From NCBI GenBank assembly GCA_041752695.1, contig JBGSVZ010000130.1:1-63065 (forward strand): a stretch of 63,065 nt of DNA, in the 5' to 3' direction. The notes under the pieces were generated by a model. The model saw only the letters and a list, made by a program, of their open reading frames with translations. It was not told the origin of the DNA and ran no database searches. A program made the translations under genes and the position numbers. This DNA is from Terrimicrobiaceae bacterium (GTDB taxonomy: Bacteria > Verrucomicrobiota > Verrucomicrobiia > Chthoniobacterales > Terrimicrobiaceae). Positions within the stretch are counted from its first letter, which is position 1. Each line of letters opens with the position of its first letter. Positions 10,710 to 21,289 of the stretch are shown piece by piece.

Positions 10710-11378
10710 TCAAAGCAGCAAATCCGGTCGGCGCGCTCGCGTCGCCTCCTCGGCCCGGTCCCGACGCCATTTTTCGATGGCGGCGTGGTTGCCGGAAAGG
10801 AGCATCGGCGGAACCGCCCAACCTTCGTAGATTTCCGGACGGGTGTAATGCGGGTGATCCAGCAGACCGGTGGAAAACGACTCCCGCACGGCACTCTCGG
10901 CATCACCCAGCACACCGGGGAGCAGGCGGACAATGGCGTCGGTGACAACCAGCGCCGCCAATGCGCCGTTGGTCAGCACGTAATCCCCGATGGAAATCTC
11001 GTCGTCCACCAAGTGGTCCGCCACGCGCTGATCCACCCCTTCGTAGTGACCGCACAGAAGGATGAGGTGTTTTTCGTTGGCATAGGATTCAGCGGCTGCC
11101 TGGTCGAAGCGGCGGCCCTGTGGGCTCATCATGACCACCTTGGTTCCCTCCCCGCGGAGTTCCTGGAGGGCGCGATGGATGGGTTCAATTTTCATCACCA
11201 TACCCGGACCTCCCCCGTAAGGCGCATCGTCGGTCGTGCGGTGTTTTCCCGTGGCCCAGGCGCGCAGGTCCACGGCTTCCAACTCGGCGAGACCCTTTTC
11301 CTGGGCACGCTTGAGCATGCTCTCGCCGAGCACGCCGGAGCAGATGCCGGGAAAAATGGTGAGAATTTGGATTTTCAA
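10710..11378 (-). CDS. trmD: tRNA (guanine37-N1)-methyltransferase
   Basis: DDAPYGGGPGMVM, LCGHYEGVDQRV, SIGDYVLTNG, LLDHPHYTRP; probable TTG start at 11378. Confidence 0.96.
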   Translation of the reverse strand: MKIQILTIFPGICSGVLGESMLKRAQEKGLAELEAVDLRAWATGKHRTTDDAPYGGGPGMVMKIEPIHRALQELRGEGTKVVMMSPQGRRFDQAAAESYANEKHLILLCGHYEGVDQRVADHLVDDEISIGDYVLTNGALAALVVTDAIVRLLPGVLGDAESAVRESFSTGLLDHPHYTRPEIYEGWAVPPMLLSGNHAAIEKWRRDRAEEATRARRPDLLL

Positions 11379-11421
11379 AGCGACCTGTGTTATCTCCCAT
11401 GACACGCTTCGCCGCAAGCAA

Positions 11422-13323
11422 GTGTCCAAATCCCGCCGCAAACCCAAAAAAGCGCCACCCCGCCGCCGCAGCCTCACCGGCTGGCTCGTCCGGCTGGGCA
11501 TCAAGCTCGGTATTCTGGGCCTGCTGCTCTGGGCGGTGGTGGCGCTGGCTTTTTACGCCTGGGCTCTCACGTTCGATATCCGGACGATCATCGATATTCC
11601 GCAAAGATCCACCGTGTATGACAAGGACGGCAAGGTCTACAGCCGGCTGGCCGGGGAAAACCGCGTGGTGGTGCCCTTCGACAAGGTCTCGAACAATTTC
11701 GTCAACGCGCTGCTCGCGAGGGAGGACACGCGGTTTTATTACCATCATGGCATCGACCCCATTGGCATCACCCGGGCGATTATGCGGAATTTCATCGCCG
11801 GGGGATTCCGGGAAGGTGCCAGCACCATCACCCAGCAACTCGCCCGAAACAGTTTTCCCCTCGGCGGAAAAAATCTTTACCGCAAACTCATCGAGGCCGC
11901 CCTCGCCTACCGCGTCGAGACCGAGCTCTCGAAAGAGGAAATTCTCGCGGCGTACATGAACCGGATCTATTTCGGCAGCGGCTATTACGGGGTGGAGACC
12001 GCCAGCCAGGCGTATTTTGGAAAACCGGCTTCGCGCATGAACCTCCCGGAATCCGCGATGCTGGCGGGCTTGATCCGCAGTCCAAACCGGTTCTCGCCCT
12101 TCTCCAGCGTGGAGAAGGCCGTTCGGGAACGCGACACCGTGCTCCAGCGCATGGCAAAACTGGGCTTCATCACGGAGGCGCTGCGCGACGAAGCCCTCGC
12201 CGCCAAACCCGAAATCGCTCCCCGTCAACGCAGCGCCCCACAAGAAAATTGGGCGATGGATTCCATCCTGCGCGAACTCGATCTCGTGATCGACCGCGCC
12301 CCCTTCGACGACGGCGGGTTGAAGATTTACACCACAATCGACGGTCCGCTCCAGGACGCCGCGGAAGCCAGCGTACAGCGGCGACTGGATCAGATCGAGG
12401 CGGCACCCGGGTATCCGCACCGGCCGATGAAAACGTTCTCCGCGGCCGATGTCGCTGGGGAGGAGGCCGCTCCCTACCTGGAGGCGGCGGCTCTTGCCCT
12501 GGATGGCAAAACCGGCGGCATCCGCGCCATCGTGGGAGGCCGGGACTATGAGCGGAGCAAATTTAACCGCGCCCTGCTCGGCAGCCGCCAGGTGGGGTCG
12601 GCGGTAAAACCCTTTGTTTACGCCAAGGCTTTTGAGAAGGGTCTCAAGCCGGGGGACCGGATCAGCGACAACCGGCTTTCCACCGGCGAACTGCCCGCCG
12701 CCTATGGTCATTACAATCCGGGAAACTCGGATGAAACTTATCGCGGCGATCTTCCCGTGTCTGAAGGTCTTGTCCTTTCGCGCAATACCATGAGCGTGCG
12801 GGTCGGCATGAAGGCCGGTCTGGACGCCATTGCAGATACGGTGATTCGCAGCGGACTGGCCCCCAATCCCCCGCGCTATCCCGCCCTTTGCCTCGGAGCC
12901 TTTGAGGCCAGCCTAAAGGATCTCACCGGGGCCTACACCGTTTTCGCCACCGGCGGAACCAAGCTGCAGCCCTACCTGATTGAGCGGGTGGCCGACGCCG
13001 AAGGGCGCACCCTTTACAAGGCGACCCGAGGCCGTATCTCCGTGCTAAAACCCGAAGCCGCCCGCGCCACAAGTGCCGTCCTGGAAGACGTTGTCACTCG
13101 CGGCACAGCGTCGCGGGCGCGGGCGCTCGGACTCCGCCATCGGGCGGCGGGAAAAACCGGAACGACCAACGACTATCAGGACGCCTGGTTTGTGGGCTTC
13201 GACGACGGGCTGGTGTGCGGTGTCTGGGTGGGATTTGACCGGCCCGTTCGCATCATGCGCGGCGGCACCGGCGGGGAACTCGCCCTGCCCATCTGGGTGG
13301 ACATCATGGAGGCGGGACGGTAA
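11422..13323 (+). CDS. Class A penicillin-binding protein (transglycosylase/transpeptidase)
   Basis: EDTRFYYHHG, GASTITQQLARN, RKLIE, SAVK (SxxK), SRN, KTGT; probable GTG start at 11422. Confidence 0.93.
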   Translation: MSKSRRKPKKAPPRRRSLTGWLVRLGIKLGILGLLLWAVVALAFYAWALTFDIRTIIDIPQRSTVYDKDGKVYSRLAGENRVVVPFDKVSNNFVNALLAREDTRFYYHHGIDPIGITRAIMRNFIAGGFREGASTITQQLARNSFPLGGKNLYRKLIEAALAYRVETELSKEEILAAYMNRIYFGSGYYGVETASQAYFGKPASRMNLPESAMLAGLIRSPNRFSPFSSVEKAVRERDTVLQRMAKLGFITEALRDEALAAKPEIAPRQRSAPQENWAMDSILRELDLVIDRAPFDDGGLKIYTTIDGPLQDAAEASVQRRLDQIEAAPGYPHRPMKTFSAADVAGEEAAPYLEAAALALDGKTGGIRAIVGGRDYERSKFNRALLGSRQVGSAVKPFVYAKAFEKGLKPGDRISDNRLSTGELPAAYGHYNPGNSDETYRGDLPVSEGLVLSRNTMSVRVGMKAGLDAIADTVIRSGLAPNPPRYPALCLGAFEASLKDLTGAYTVFATGGTKLQPYLIERVADAEGRTLYKATRGRISVLKPEAARATSAVLEDVVTRGTASRARALGLRHRAAGKTGTTNDYQDAWFVGFDDGLVCGVWVGFDRPVRIMRGGTGGELALPIWVDIMEAGR

Positions 13324-13369
13324 CGCTCCCCCATCGGACCCAAGCCCTTCCACCAGGACCTTGGCACTC

Positions 13370-16057
13370 TCACACCCACTTCGACAAGGTTGCCGCAAGC
13401 GTTTCGAATTGGAGAGGTTTCGTCAGAAAATCGTCCATCCCCGCGTCGAAGCATTTTTTCCGATCGTCCGCCATGGCGTTGGCCGTGAGGGCAATGATGG
13501 CCAGGCGGGTGCCCTCTTTCTCGGCGAGCCGGATCTCACGCGTCGCATCACAGCCGTCGAGATCAGGCAGGTGCATATCCATAAGAATGGCATCGAACTG
13601 GCTCTCCCGGACTTTGTCAACGGCCTGCCGACCGGTCTCGGCAAAGTCGGTCACACAGCCAAGCCGCTTGAGCTGCAGGGCACAAAGTTTGCGGTTCACC
13701 GCGTTGTCCTCCACCACCAGGACGCGTTTGCCTTTCACGCGAATCGAGGCCGTTTCCGTCATGGCCGCGGGAGCACGCGACGCCCGGGGGGCCGTGGCGG
13801 GAGGTTCGGGGGTGTTAATCTCCAGGGTAAACTCGGAACCCTCGCCCATTTTGCTGCGGACGGAAATCTGACCCCCGAGGAGTCCGGCGAGACGGCAGGA
13901 AATGGCCAGCCCCATGCCACTGCCGTCATGCTTGCGGGTCGAAGAGCTGTCCACTTGGTAAAACAGTTTGGAAAGATGCGCCGCCGATTCCGGGGGAATA
14001 CCGGGTCCGGTGTCGCGCACGGCGAATCGCCAGGCCCAGCGATCCGGCGCGTCGGCGGGCCGCTCCGCGCTCACATGGAGACTGACGCCACCAGCGTCCG
14101 TGAACTTGATGGCATTGCCGAGAAGATTGGTCAAAATCTGTCCCAGGCGCGGGGAGTCGGTGTAGATCGATGCCGGCGCCGCCTCATCGAAGAAAATATC
14201 GTAGCGCAAGTTTTTCTCCCGCGCCCTCGCCTCCAGTTGACGGTGAATTCCCTGGACAAATGGACGCACCTCGGCCACCGAGTTTTCCAGACTCACCTCG
14301 CCGGATTCGATCTTGGAGAGATCAAGGATATCGTTGACCAGCCCGAGCAGCCGCTGACCGCTGGACTCCATGGTTTCAATAAAACTCTTCTGCTCGTCGT
14401 TCAGCGGCGTGTGACGGAGAAGGGAGACAAAACCGAGGACGCCATTAAGGGGCGTGCGGATTTCGTGACTCATCACCGCGAGGAACTCACTCTTGGCCTT
14501 GTCGGCCGCCAACGCCGCCTCCTTGGCTCGCATCAATTCGCGGGCCTCCTCCTTTTCGTCCGTGATGTCGATGGTCGTGCCAATGGCGCGGGCGGGACGC
14601 CCCTTATCGTCCCGGGAAATTACCGCCCGGGCGCGCACGTAACGGCGCTTGCCCTCGCCCACCACGATGCGGTGCTCGCTTTGATACACCGAGCCGTCCG
14701 TCGCGCATTGCCGGAAAAGTTCGTCCACGGCCTGCCGGTCATCGGGATGGACCCGACCGAGCTGGTCTTTCAGGGTCGGAGAGAAGGTTGCCGGGTTGGT
14801 CTGGAAGACCTGGTGCATCACGTCGTTCCACACCATGCGGCCGGTGGACAGATCGCAATCCCACACACCCACCCCGCCGGCATCCGCGGCCAGAGCCAGA
14901 CGATCCTGGCTGATGCGCAACGTTTCCTCGCCCTTTTTGCGAGCGGTAATGTCCACAACCTGAACCATGAAGTGGGAACTCACTCCGTCGCTGTCCTTCA
15001 CGACGGCGACGCCGGTAAGCCCCGTGGCAAAACTGCCGTCCTTGCGACGGTAGCGTTTTTCGATCTCGTACTTTGAGGTCTGGTGATGCCGGAGAGCCCG
15101 CATCAGAGGCTCTTCGCCTGCCAGTTCACCCGGATCGGAAAAGTCCGGCATCTTCATTTTCAGAAGCTCGTATTCCGAGTGCCCGATGAATTCACAAAAG
15201 GCTTGGTTGGCGCGAAGCAGTCGGCCCTCGGTATTCGTCAAAAACATCGCAACGGGCGACAAGGCGTAGGTCGTGCGAAAAAGCTCTTCACTTTCGCGGA
15301 GTCGGACAACGGCGATCTCCTGGCGAAATCGCGATCGATACCGCAAGACAAAGGTGGCCCAGGCCGCCAGCAGGCCCACCACTCCGGCCGCCGCCAACGA
15401 GAGCGTGAAGGCGGTCTGAACGGCCGGAAGGTTGGTCGAAAAAACGGCGTCGCGCGAACCCAGGTAAAGAAACTCGGGGGATGCCGCCTTGGGGTCACCC
15501 AAGGGCACAATGACCCCAAAGGAACCTTCCTGGGCCCCGCTCAAGGCCGGACGTTCCAGCACGATGACCTGACGTTTCCGGATGGCCTCAACTTCGTCGC
15601 CCTGTCCCGGAAGATCCGGCTCGAGGGGAGCAGCCACCGTGAATTTCGGCGCAGGAATCCGGGCGGGGTCATGCGTTTCCACAATTTTCACCACTTTTCC
15701 ATTCTCCAGACGACCGGTGAAAAGCTCGGTGATGCCCGAGAAATACTTACGCGTCTGCTGAAGACGATCCGTCAGGACACGGTGGGCCTGGGAACCGGTC
15801 TGGTCGGCAGTCTTCAATCCCGCGTGCAGCCGGGAATCCACCAGCGAGGCCGCGTATTCGGCTTGCTGCTGCAGAAGAGCCCGCTCTTTGGTAAGCTCAT
15901 TGGAGGAGGCACTGAGATACACCACCAGCACCGAACCCGCGCAAAGGAGAAAGATGGCGAGACCCACCAGGACGGCGTCCCGGAGAAAGGTCGGCACCTC
16001 GGACCGCAGTTCACCGCGCACCAGCTCCTCGCTGGACGGCTTTCGGTTTTCCTTCAC
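13370..16057 (-). CDS. Hybrid sensor histidine kinase / response regulator with two PAS domains
   Basis: Two TM segments, PAS/PAC, MSHEIRTPLNG, NLLGNAIKFT, DTGPG, receiver LMDMHLP. Confidence 0.92.
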   Translation of the reverse strand: MKENRKPSSEELVRGELRSEVPTFLRDAVLVGLAIFLLCAGSVLVVYLSASSNELTKERALLQQQAEYAASLVDSRLHAGLKTADQTGSQAHRVLTDRLQQTRKYFSGITELFTGRLENGKVVKIVETHDPARIPAPKFTVAAPLEPDLPGQGDEVEAIRKRQVIVLERPALSGAQEGSFGVIVPLGDPKAASPEFLYLGSRDAVFSTNLPAVQTAFTLSLAAAGVVGLLAAWATFVLRYRSRFRQEIAVVRLRESEELFRTTYALSPVAMFLTNTEGRLLRANQAFCEFIGHSEYELLKMKMPDFSDPGELAGEEPLMRALRHHQTSKYEIEKRYRRKDGSFATGLTGVAVVKDSDGVSSHFMVQVVDITARKKGEETLRISQDRLALAADAGGVGVWDCDLSTGRMVWNDVMHQVFQTNPATFSPTLKDQLGRVHPDDRQAVDELFRQCATDGSVYQSEHRIVVGEGKRRYVRARAVISRDDKGRPARAIGTTIDITDEKEEARELMRAKEAALAADKAKSEFLAVMSHEIRTPLNGVLGFVSLLRHTPLNDEQKSFIETMESSGQRLLGLVNDILDLSKIESGEVSLENSVAEVRPFVQGIHRQLEARAREKNLRYDIFFDEAAPASIYTDSPRLGQILTNLLGNAIKFTDAGGVSLHVSAERPADAPDRWAWRFAVRDTGPGIPPESAAHLSKLFYQVDSSSTRKHDGSGMGLAISCRLAGLLGGQISVRSKMGEGSEFTLEINTPEPPATAPRASRAPAAMTETASIRVKGKRVLVVEDNAVNRKLCALQLKRLGCVTDFAETGRQAVDKVRESQFDAILMDMHLPDLDGCDATREIRLAEKEGTRLAIIALTANAMADDRKKCFDAGMDDFLTKPLQFETLAATLSKWV

Positions 16058-16160
16058 CGCGGAACCATGACCGATTCCCGCGCTGCTGGCAAATCATGAA
16101 ACCTGATGCATTTTGCACCAGGGCCTCTTTTACTGCAGGGGCGCGAAACGGGCGCTTCTT

Positions 16161-16646
16161 TTACGGCCGGCGCAGCTGCTGCTGGGGAACGAACGAATTG
16201 CCAATCACGTCAAAAATGCGCTGGGCGGGGAGCACCTTGTTGGTGACGTAGTCCAAATTCCCATCGCGGCCCACAATGGCTATGCCAAACTTCTCGCCAG
16301 TCTGGTAGTCGAAGGCCACCTTGGGCCCGTCTCCGGCGATGGCAAAGGGAATGTTGGATTTGATTTGCCCAGGTTCCTGGGTGAATGCCACGACAAAAAC
16401 CACCTTGGCCGCAGCGTAACGCTCGAACATTTTCTGGAGTTGTCCAACTTGAGCCCGGAACGCCCGATCCCGCGGCGAAGGCGCCACCAGAATCACGATG
16501 GGCTGACCTTTGAAGGCTCCGATGCCCTTCAGTTTCCCGGTGTAATCGAGCCAGCTGACATTCGGAGCTGGGCTAACCACCGCGGCCTGCGCCACACCAA
16601 GGGCCAGGACAGCGGCAAAAATTGCGACAAGAACAGGATTTTTCAT
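16161..16646 (-). CDS. Exported hypothetical protein (thioredoxin-like / DUF4174-like)
   Basis: Signal peptide; ATGA overlap with the frr stop; FGIAIVGRDG motif. Confidence 0.6.
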   Translation of the reverse strand: MKNPVLVAIFAAVLALGVAQAAVVSPAPNVSWLDYTGKLKGIGAFKGQPIVILVAPSPRDRAFRAQVGQLQKMFERYAAAKVVFVVAFTQEPGQIKSNIPFAIAGDGPKVAFDYQTGEKFGIAIVGRDGNLDYVTNKVLPAQRIFDVIGNSFVPQQQLRRP

Positions 16647-17203
16647 ATTTTCATCAACTCGGCTTCTTTGCCTTCCACATGGCGGTCGATGGAGGCGACA
16701 AATTTATCCGTGAGCTTCTGGATATTGGATTCGGCGACCTTCAATTCGTCCTCGGTGATCTCGCCTTCCTTCTGCAGCTTCTTGGCGGTGTCCATGGCCT
16801 CGCGACGACACGCGCGCACTCGCACCCGGCTCTCTTCGGCGATGTGTTTGACGGTTTTGGCCAGATCACGGCGACGTTCTTCGGAGAGTTCGGGAATCGG
16901 AATGCGGATAATTTTGCCGTCCGCAATCGGATTGATCCCGATTTTGGACTCATTGATGGCACGCTCAATATCCTTCACCGTGGAGGCATCAAATGGCTGG
17001 ATGACCAGAAGACGCGGCTCGGGGGCGGTGATGAGCGCCAGCTGCTTGAGTTTCATGGAGGTCCCATAGGCCTCAACGTCGAGGGTCTCCACCAGGGCAG
17101 GCGAGGCTTTCCCGGTGCGGATGGCGGCAAATTCCTGCATCATGAAATCCACGGCCTTCTCCATGCTTTCCTCGGCTTCAAAAACAGCTTCTTCCAAACT
17201 CAT
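16643..17203 (-). CDS. frr: Ribosome recycling factor
   Basis: IRTGKASP, LLVIQPFD, IPELSEERRRDL. Confidence 0.97.
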   Translation of the reverse strand: MSLEEAVFEAEESMEKAVDFMMQEFAAIRTGKASPALVETLDVEAYGTSMKLKQLALITAPEPRLLVIQPFDASTVKDIERAINESKIGINPIADGKIIRIPIPELSEERRRDLAKTVKHIAEESRVRVRACRREAMDTAKKLQKEGEITEDELKVAESNIQKLTDKFVASIDRHVEGKEAELMKI

Positions 17204-17290
17204 GGTCTTTTTCCTAAATGCGAATGGCAAACGGGGGGAAGCGAAATCTCCCGGGGCTCCCGGCTTCCGTGGACCGTCGGCCCGATTTTT

Positions 17291-18025
17291 CTACGTCTCC
17301 GGCCGGTCGGACACCAGGGTCCCGATGTGTTCACCCATCAGGGCACGCCGGATGTTGTCCGGCTTGTTCATGTCGAAAACGATGATCGGCATGCGATTGT
17401 CCATGCAAAGACTGAAGGCTGTCGAATCCATCACCTGAAGCCTCCGGGAGAGCGCCTCGCCGTAGGTGATATGTTCATATTTTTTGGCGTCCTTGTGGAG
17501 CATCGGATCGCGATCATAGATCCCATCCACCTTGGTGGCCTTGAGGATCACCCCGGCCCCAATCTCATTGGCGCGCAGAGCAGCCGTGGTGTCGGTCGAG
17601 AAAAAGGGATTGCCCGTGCCGGCCACAAAAACCACCACGTGTCCAAGTTCGAGGTGCCGGGTGGCGCGGCGCAGGATAAAAGGTTCGGCCACATTGTTCA
17701 TTTCGATGGCCGTCTGCACCCGGACGGTCACGCCGATGTCTTCCAGCGCGCTCATGAGGGCGAGGCCGTTGATCACTGTCGCCAGCATGCCCATGTAATC
17801 GGCCGTGGCGCGGTTCATGCCACGATGGCTGGCTGCGAGCCCTCGCCAGATGTTTCCCCCGCCAATGACAATGGCCAGCTCAATGCCCAGCGATTTCACC
17901 TCCGCGATCTGCAAGGCGATTTGTTGCACGATCTGCGGCGAGATATTATCGCGACTGCCTTTCTCGCGCAGGGCTTCGCCGCTTAATTTCAAAACAACAC
18001 GCTTGTAGCGGGGACTGGTAGCCAT
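17291..18025 (-). CDS. pyrH: UMP kinase
   Basis: [39 protein letters not shown]. Confidence 0.98.
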   Translation of the reverse strand: MATSPRYKRVVLKLSGEALREKGSRDNISPQIVQQIALQIAEVKSLGIELAIVIGGGNIWRGLAASHRGMNRATADYMGMLATVINGLALMSALEDIGVTVRVQTAIEMNNVAEPFILRRATRHLELGHVVVFVAGTGNPFFSTDTTAALRANEIGAGVILKATKVDGIYDRDPMLHKDAKKYEHITYGEALSRRLQVMDSTAFSLCMDNRMPIIVFDMNKPDNIRRALMGEHIGTLVSDRPET

Positions 18026-18203
18026 TGGGATTTTACGGTCATGATCAAACCCGATCCCTACAGGCAAGGAAAGGGAAATTGTCGCGAATCCGTTTCCAGC
18101 GCCTCACAAACTTTCCGCAATAAACCAGTCGCGTGGGAAAAACTTGGCAAAGCCCTCCTTCCCATGCTCAATCATCGTTGGTTTGGGCGGTTTTTTCCAT
18201 AGT

Positions 18204-19151
18204 ATGGGCTTCGGCCGAAGGTATGCCAAGGGCACGGGACAGTCCCGTTCGGGTCCGATTCCGGAAGACCCCGAAGATGCCGCGCGTTATTTTAGGCCTC
18301 TGCCGGTCGAGCAGGAGGAGTTTGATTTGACGGAATCCGAAGCCCGGCAAAAACGTCATGCCCGCCTTCTCAAGCCTCGCTCGGTCCGGAACGTTCAGGC
18401 ATTTTTCTGGATGACCGGACGCAAGATTTCCCGTCTGCACCGGGCGTTTCCCGTCTGGGCCGTAGCGTTTTTCTATCTGCTCTGCGCCGCCGCACTCTGT
18501 TATGCACTCACGCGACCGCTCCTCCATCCTGCCCCGGTCTCGGGCGAAATCGTCGCGCTCCCTCCGCCCGCCACGGCCGGACTGGAGGAATCCATTGCCG
18601 AGATTTCTCGACTGATTTCCGAAAAGAACTTCCCGCCCGCCCTGGTCATCACGGAAAAACTCGAAGCCGAGTTTCCCAACGACGCCCGCATTTTCATGGC
18701 GAAGGGGGCGGTCTACGCCGGGCAGCGGTCTTACCCCGAGGCCTTGGAGGCCTTTCAAAAGGCGGTCGATCTTTCGCCATCTTCCTCTGCCGCCCGGATG
18801 AACCTTGCGGAGATCCAGTTTGTGATGGGGCGATATGCGGAGGCCGAGTCAATTTACCAAAAGATTTTCGCCATCCAGCCGAAAAATACGCTCTTGGTTT
18901 TCCGGCTGTATCTTTGCGCCCAGCTTCAAAAAAACCCGGAAGCCGCCGCCGCCCTTCTGCGCAGTCCTGCCATTGGCGCCCAATCACTCGAGTGGTATTA
19001 TATGCATGGCGCCGAAGCGCTCTTCGCCGGCAACAAGGCCGAAGCGATGAAAAACATCGACAAAGCGCGAGTCCTTTTCGGCTCCAAGACCCGACCCTAC
19101 GACAAAACCCTCTTACGCCTTGGCCTTCTGGAGGACGTGCCGGAAAGTTAG
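18204..19151 (+). CDS. Membrane-anchored TPR protein
   Basis: One TM segment (WAVAFFYLLCAAALCYAL) and clear TPR motifs (AKGAVYAGQRSYPEALEAFQKAVDLSP). Start uncertain. Confidence 0.75.
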   Translation: MGFGRRYAKGTGQSRSGPIPEDPEDAARYFRPLPVEQEEFDLTESEARQKRHARLLKPRSVRNVQAFFWMTGRKISRLHRAFPVWAVAFFYLLCAAALCYALTRPLLHPAPVSGEIVALPPPATAGLEESIAEISRLISEKNFPPALVITEKLEAEFPNDARIFMAKGAVYAGQRSYPEALEAFQKAVDLSPSSSAARMNLAEIQFVMGRYAEAESIYQKIFAIQPKNTLLVFRLYLCAQLQKNPEAAAALLRSPAIGAQSLEWYYMHGAEALFAGNKAEAMKNIDKARVLFGSKTRPYDKTLLRLGLLEDVPES

Positions 19152-20071
19152 GCCAGCCGCACGCCCGCAGTCACCGCACTGCCGCGGATAAAGGCGGCTG
19201 CCGGGAGCCGCTTCCCTCCAGCCGCCTGCACTTCGTCCAACTGGACTCCACCCGTTCCAGTCGAGACCACAATCCCCTCGCCCGCCACACTGATCACCTC
19301 ACCGGGTTGGCCCTCTCCCTTAGCGAGCGAGGCGCGATGGACCTTCAGCATCCTGCCATCCGGCAAAAACGTGAACGCGCCGGGCCAAGGGGTCATCCCC
19401 CGGATTCGCCGGGCGATTTCCACCGCAGGAGCCGACCAATCAATCCGGCCGTCTTCCTTGGATAATTTCGGGGCATAGGTCGCGCGCGCTTCGTCCTGCC
19501 TCTCGGGAATCATCGCACCGTGCTCCAAGTCCGAAATGACCCGGAGCAGGCCGGCCGGAGCAATCTCTGCCAGCCGATCATGAAGACTTCCCGCCGTATC
19601 AATATCCACGATCGGCGTGCGCACGACCCGGAGAATGGCACCCGTGTCGAGTCCCGCGTCCATTTGCATGATCGTCACCCCACTCTCAGGGTCGCCGGCA
19701 AGAATCGCCGCATGAATGGGAGAAGCCCCCCGATGCCGCGGCAGGATCGACGCATGAACATTCAGGCAGCCGAACGGCGGCAACTCCAGAATCCGGCGTG
19801 GCAAAATCTGACCATACGCCACCACCACGATCAATTCCGCCCCGAAACCCGCTAACTCCGCCACGGCCTCTGGCGTCCGAATTTTTTCCGGCTGCAAAAC
19901 CGGCAGTCCCAGCGCCATGGCCGCCTCCTTTACCGGTGACGCTCGCAATTTCAGATCCCGACCCGCCGGACGATCCGGCTGGGTGAATACCGCCACCACC
20001 TCATGCGCAGCCGTTAGGGCTGTTAGCGAAGGAATCCCGATTTCACCCGTTCCAAGAAAGACAATCTTCAT
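19148..20071 (-). CDS. fmt: Methionyl-tRNA formyltransferase
   Basis: MKIVFLGT, TQPDRPAGR, NVHASILPRHRGASPI, MDAGLDTG. Confidence 0.97.
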   Translation of the reverse strand: MKIVFLGTGEIGIPSLTALTAAHEVVAVFTQPDRPAGRDLKLRASPVKEAAMALGLPVLQPEKIRTPEAVAELAGFGAELIVVVAYGQILPRRILELPPFGCLNVHASILPRHRGASPIHAAILAGDPESGVTIMQMDAGLDTGAILRVVRTPIVDIDTAGSLHDRLAEIAPAGLLRVISDLEHGAMIPERQDEARATYAPKLSKEDGRIDWSAPAVEIARRIRGMTPWPGAFTFLPDGRMLKVHRASLAKGEGQPGEVISVAGEGIVVSTGTGGVQLDEVQAAGGKRLPAAAFIRGSAVTAGVRLA

Positions 20072-20120
20072 AGTTTTGCACTCGGCAAGTGGCACCGACA
20101 GGATGCTGGCGCCACCCTCA

Positions 20121-21071
20121 CTAAGCTTCCTTCACGAAGGCGATCTGCCCCGCGTTTGCCTGCGCTTTCGCCACCAATTCCGGGGTGAGTCCGGCCGCCG
20201 GTGCCGCGTGGGTCAACTCATACTCGAGATCGATGGCGCTGATCCCGGGATCGTCGGTATTAATGGTCGCCAGCAGTCCCATTTCCAAGAACTGCTTCAG
20301 CGGATGGCTCGCGTAGTCCGGCACGGTGCTGGTCTGCACGTTGCTGGTCGGGCAGCACTCCAGACCGATTCGGCGCTCCAGGAGAAACTCCAGCAAAGCA
20401 GGATCTTCGATGGCGCGAATCCCGTGGCCGATCCGCTCGGCCCCGAGCAAACGAATCGCATCCCAGACGCTGTCCGCCCCGGCCGCCTCCCCGGCATGGA
20501 TGGTCACGTGCAAACCGGCATCACGGACTTTCGCGAAATGCTTTTTGAAAAGCTTCGCCGGAAATCCGGCCTCGTCGCCCGCAAGATCGATGGCCACCAG
20601 ATCGTCCCGCCAGGCCAGCAGAGCGTCGAGTTCCTTCCAGCAAATCTCTTCCCCGAAAGTCCGGCTGAGAATGCCAATCAGTTCCGCCTTCACGCCAAAG
20701 GCGGCGCGGCCCTCATCCACGCCCTGGATCACCGCTTCCGTGACCGCCCGGGGATCCAGCCCATGCGCCATGGCCATGAACCACGGACTAAATCGCAGTT
20801 CCACGTAGTCGAGCCCCTCCTTGCCGGCATCCTCCACGTTTTCGAAAGCAATTCGCCGGCACGCGTCGATGTCCGAAAGAACGCCAACCGACCACTGGAA
20901 TTTTTGTAAAAACGCCAGCAACCCAGGTTCCGGCACCGTGACCTGAACATGCGGTCGCAATTCCTCCAACTCAAAGGAGGGCAAGGGAATGCCGTGTTTG
21001 CGACCCAGATCCAAAATTGTCGCCACGCGGATGTTGCCATCCAGGTGACGGTGAAGGTCCATTTTTGCCAT
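20121..21071 (-). CDS. add: Adenosine deaminase
   Basis: [33 protein letters not shown]. Confidence 0.95.
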   Translation of the reverse strand: MAKMDLHRHLDGNIRVATILDLGRKHGIPLPSFELEELRPHVQVTVPEPGLLAFLQKFQWSVGVLSDIDACRRIAFENVEDAGKEGLDYVELRFSPWFMAMAHGLDPRAVTEAVIQGVDEGRAAFGVKAELIGILSRTFGEEICWKELDALLAWRDDLVAIDLAGDEAGFPAKLFKKHFAKVRDAGLHVTIHAGEAAGADSVWDAIRLLGAERIGHGIRAIEDPALLEFLLERRIGLECCPTSNVQTSTVPDYASHPLKQFLEMGLLATINTDDPGISAIDLEYELTHAAPAAGLTPELVAKAQANAGQIAFVKEA

Positions 21072-21141
21072 GGCTCGAAATCTCACAGCAATTTCCAATC
21101 CCCGCCAAGCCCGATCCACCTCCCGCCCGCCGCGTCTCGGC

Positions 21142-21179
21142 GTTACAATAAATGTCGCAGGTGCGACATCTATTGTAAC
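21142..21179. repeat. AT-rich 18+18 bp inverted repeat upstream of add
   Basis: GTTACAATAAATGTCGCA-GG-TGCGACATCTATTGTAAC, one mismatch. Confidence 0.85.
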
Positions 21180-21289
21180 AGAGGGAGAGGACGGGATCTC
21201 CGCTCCGTGAGGAATTTCGCTCGGCGGTTCGGTTGCCGATGCCCGACGGCGGACCGTCCGGCGGGAACACTTTTTAGGGAATCTGAGTT

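Noticed and set aside
21142..21179. dif site or NrdR box
   Set aside because: Lacks the XerD arm TTATGTTAAA, and only about half of the NrdR consensus positions match.
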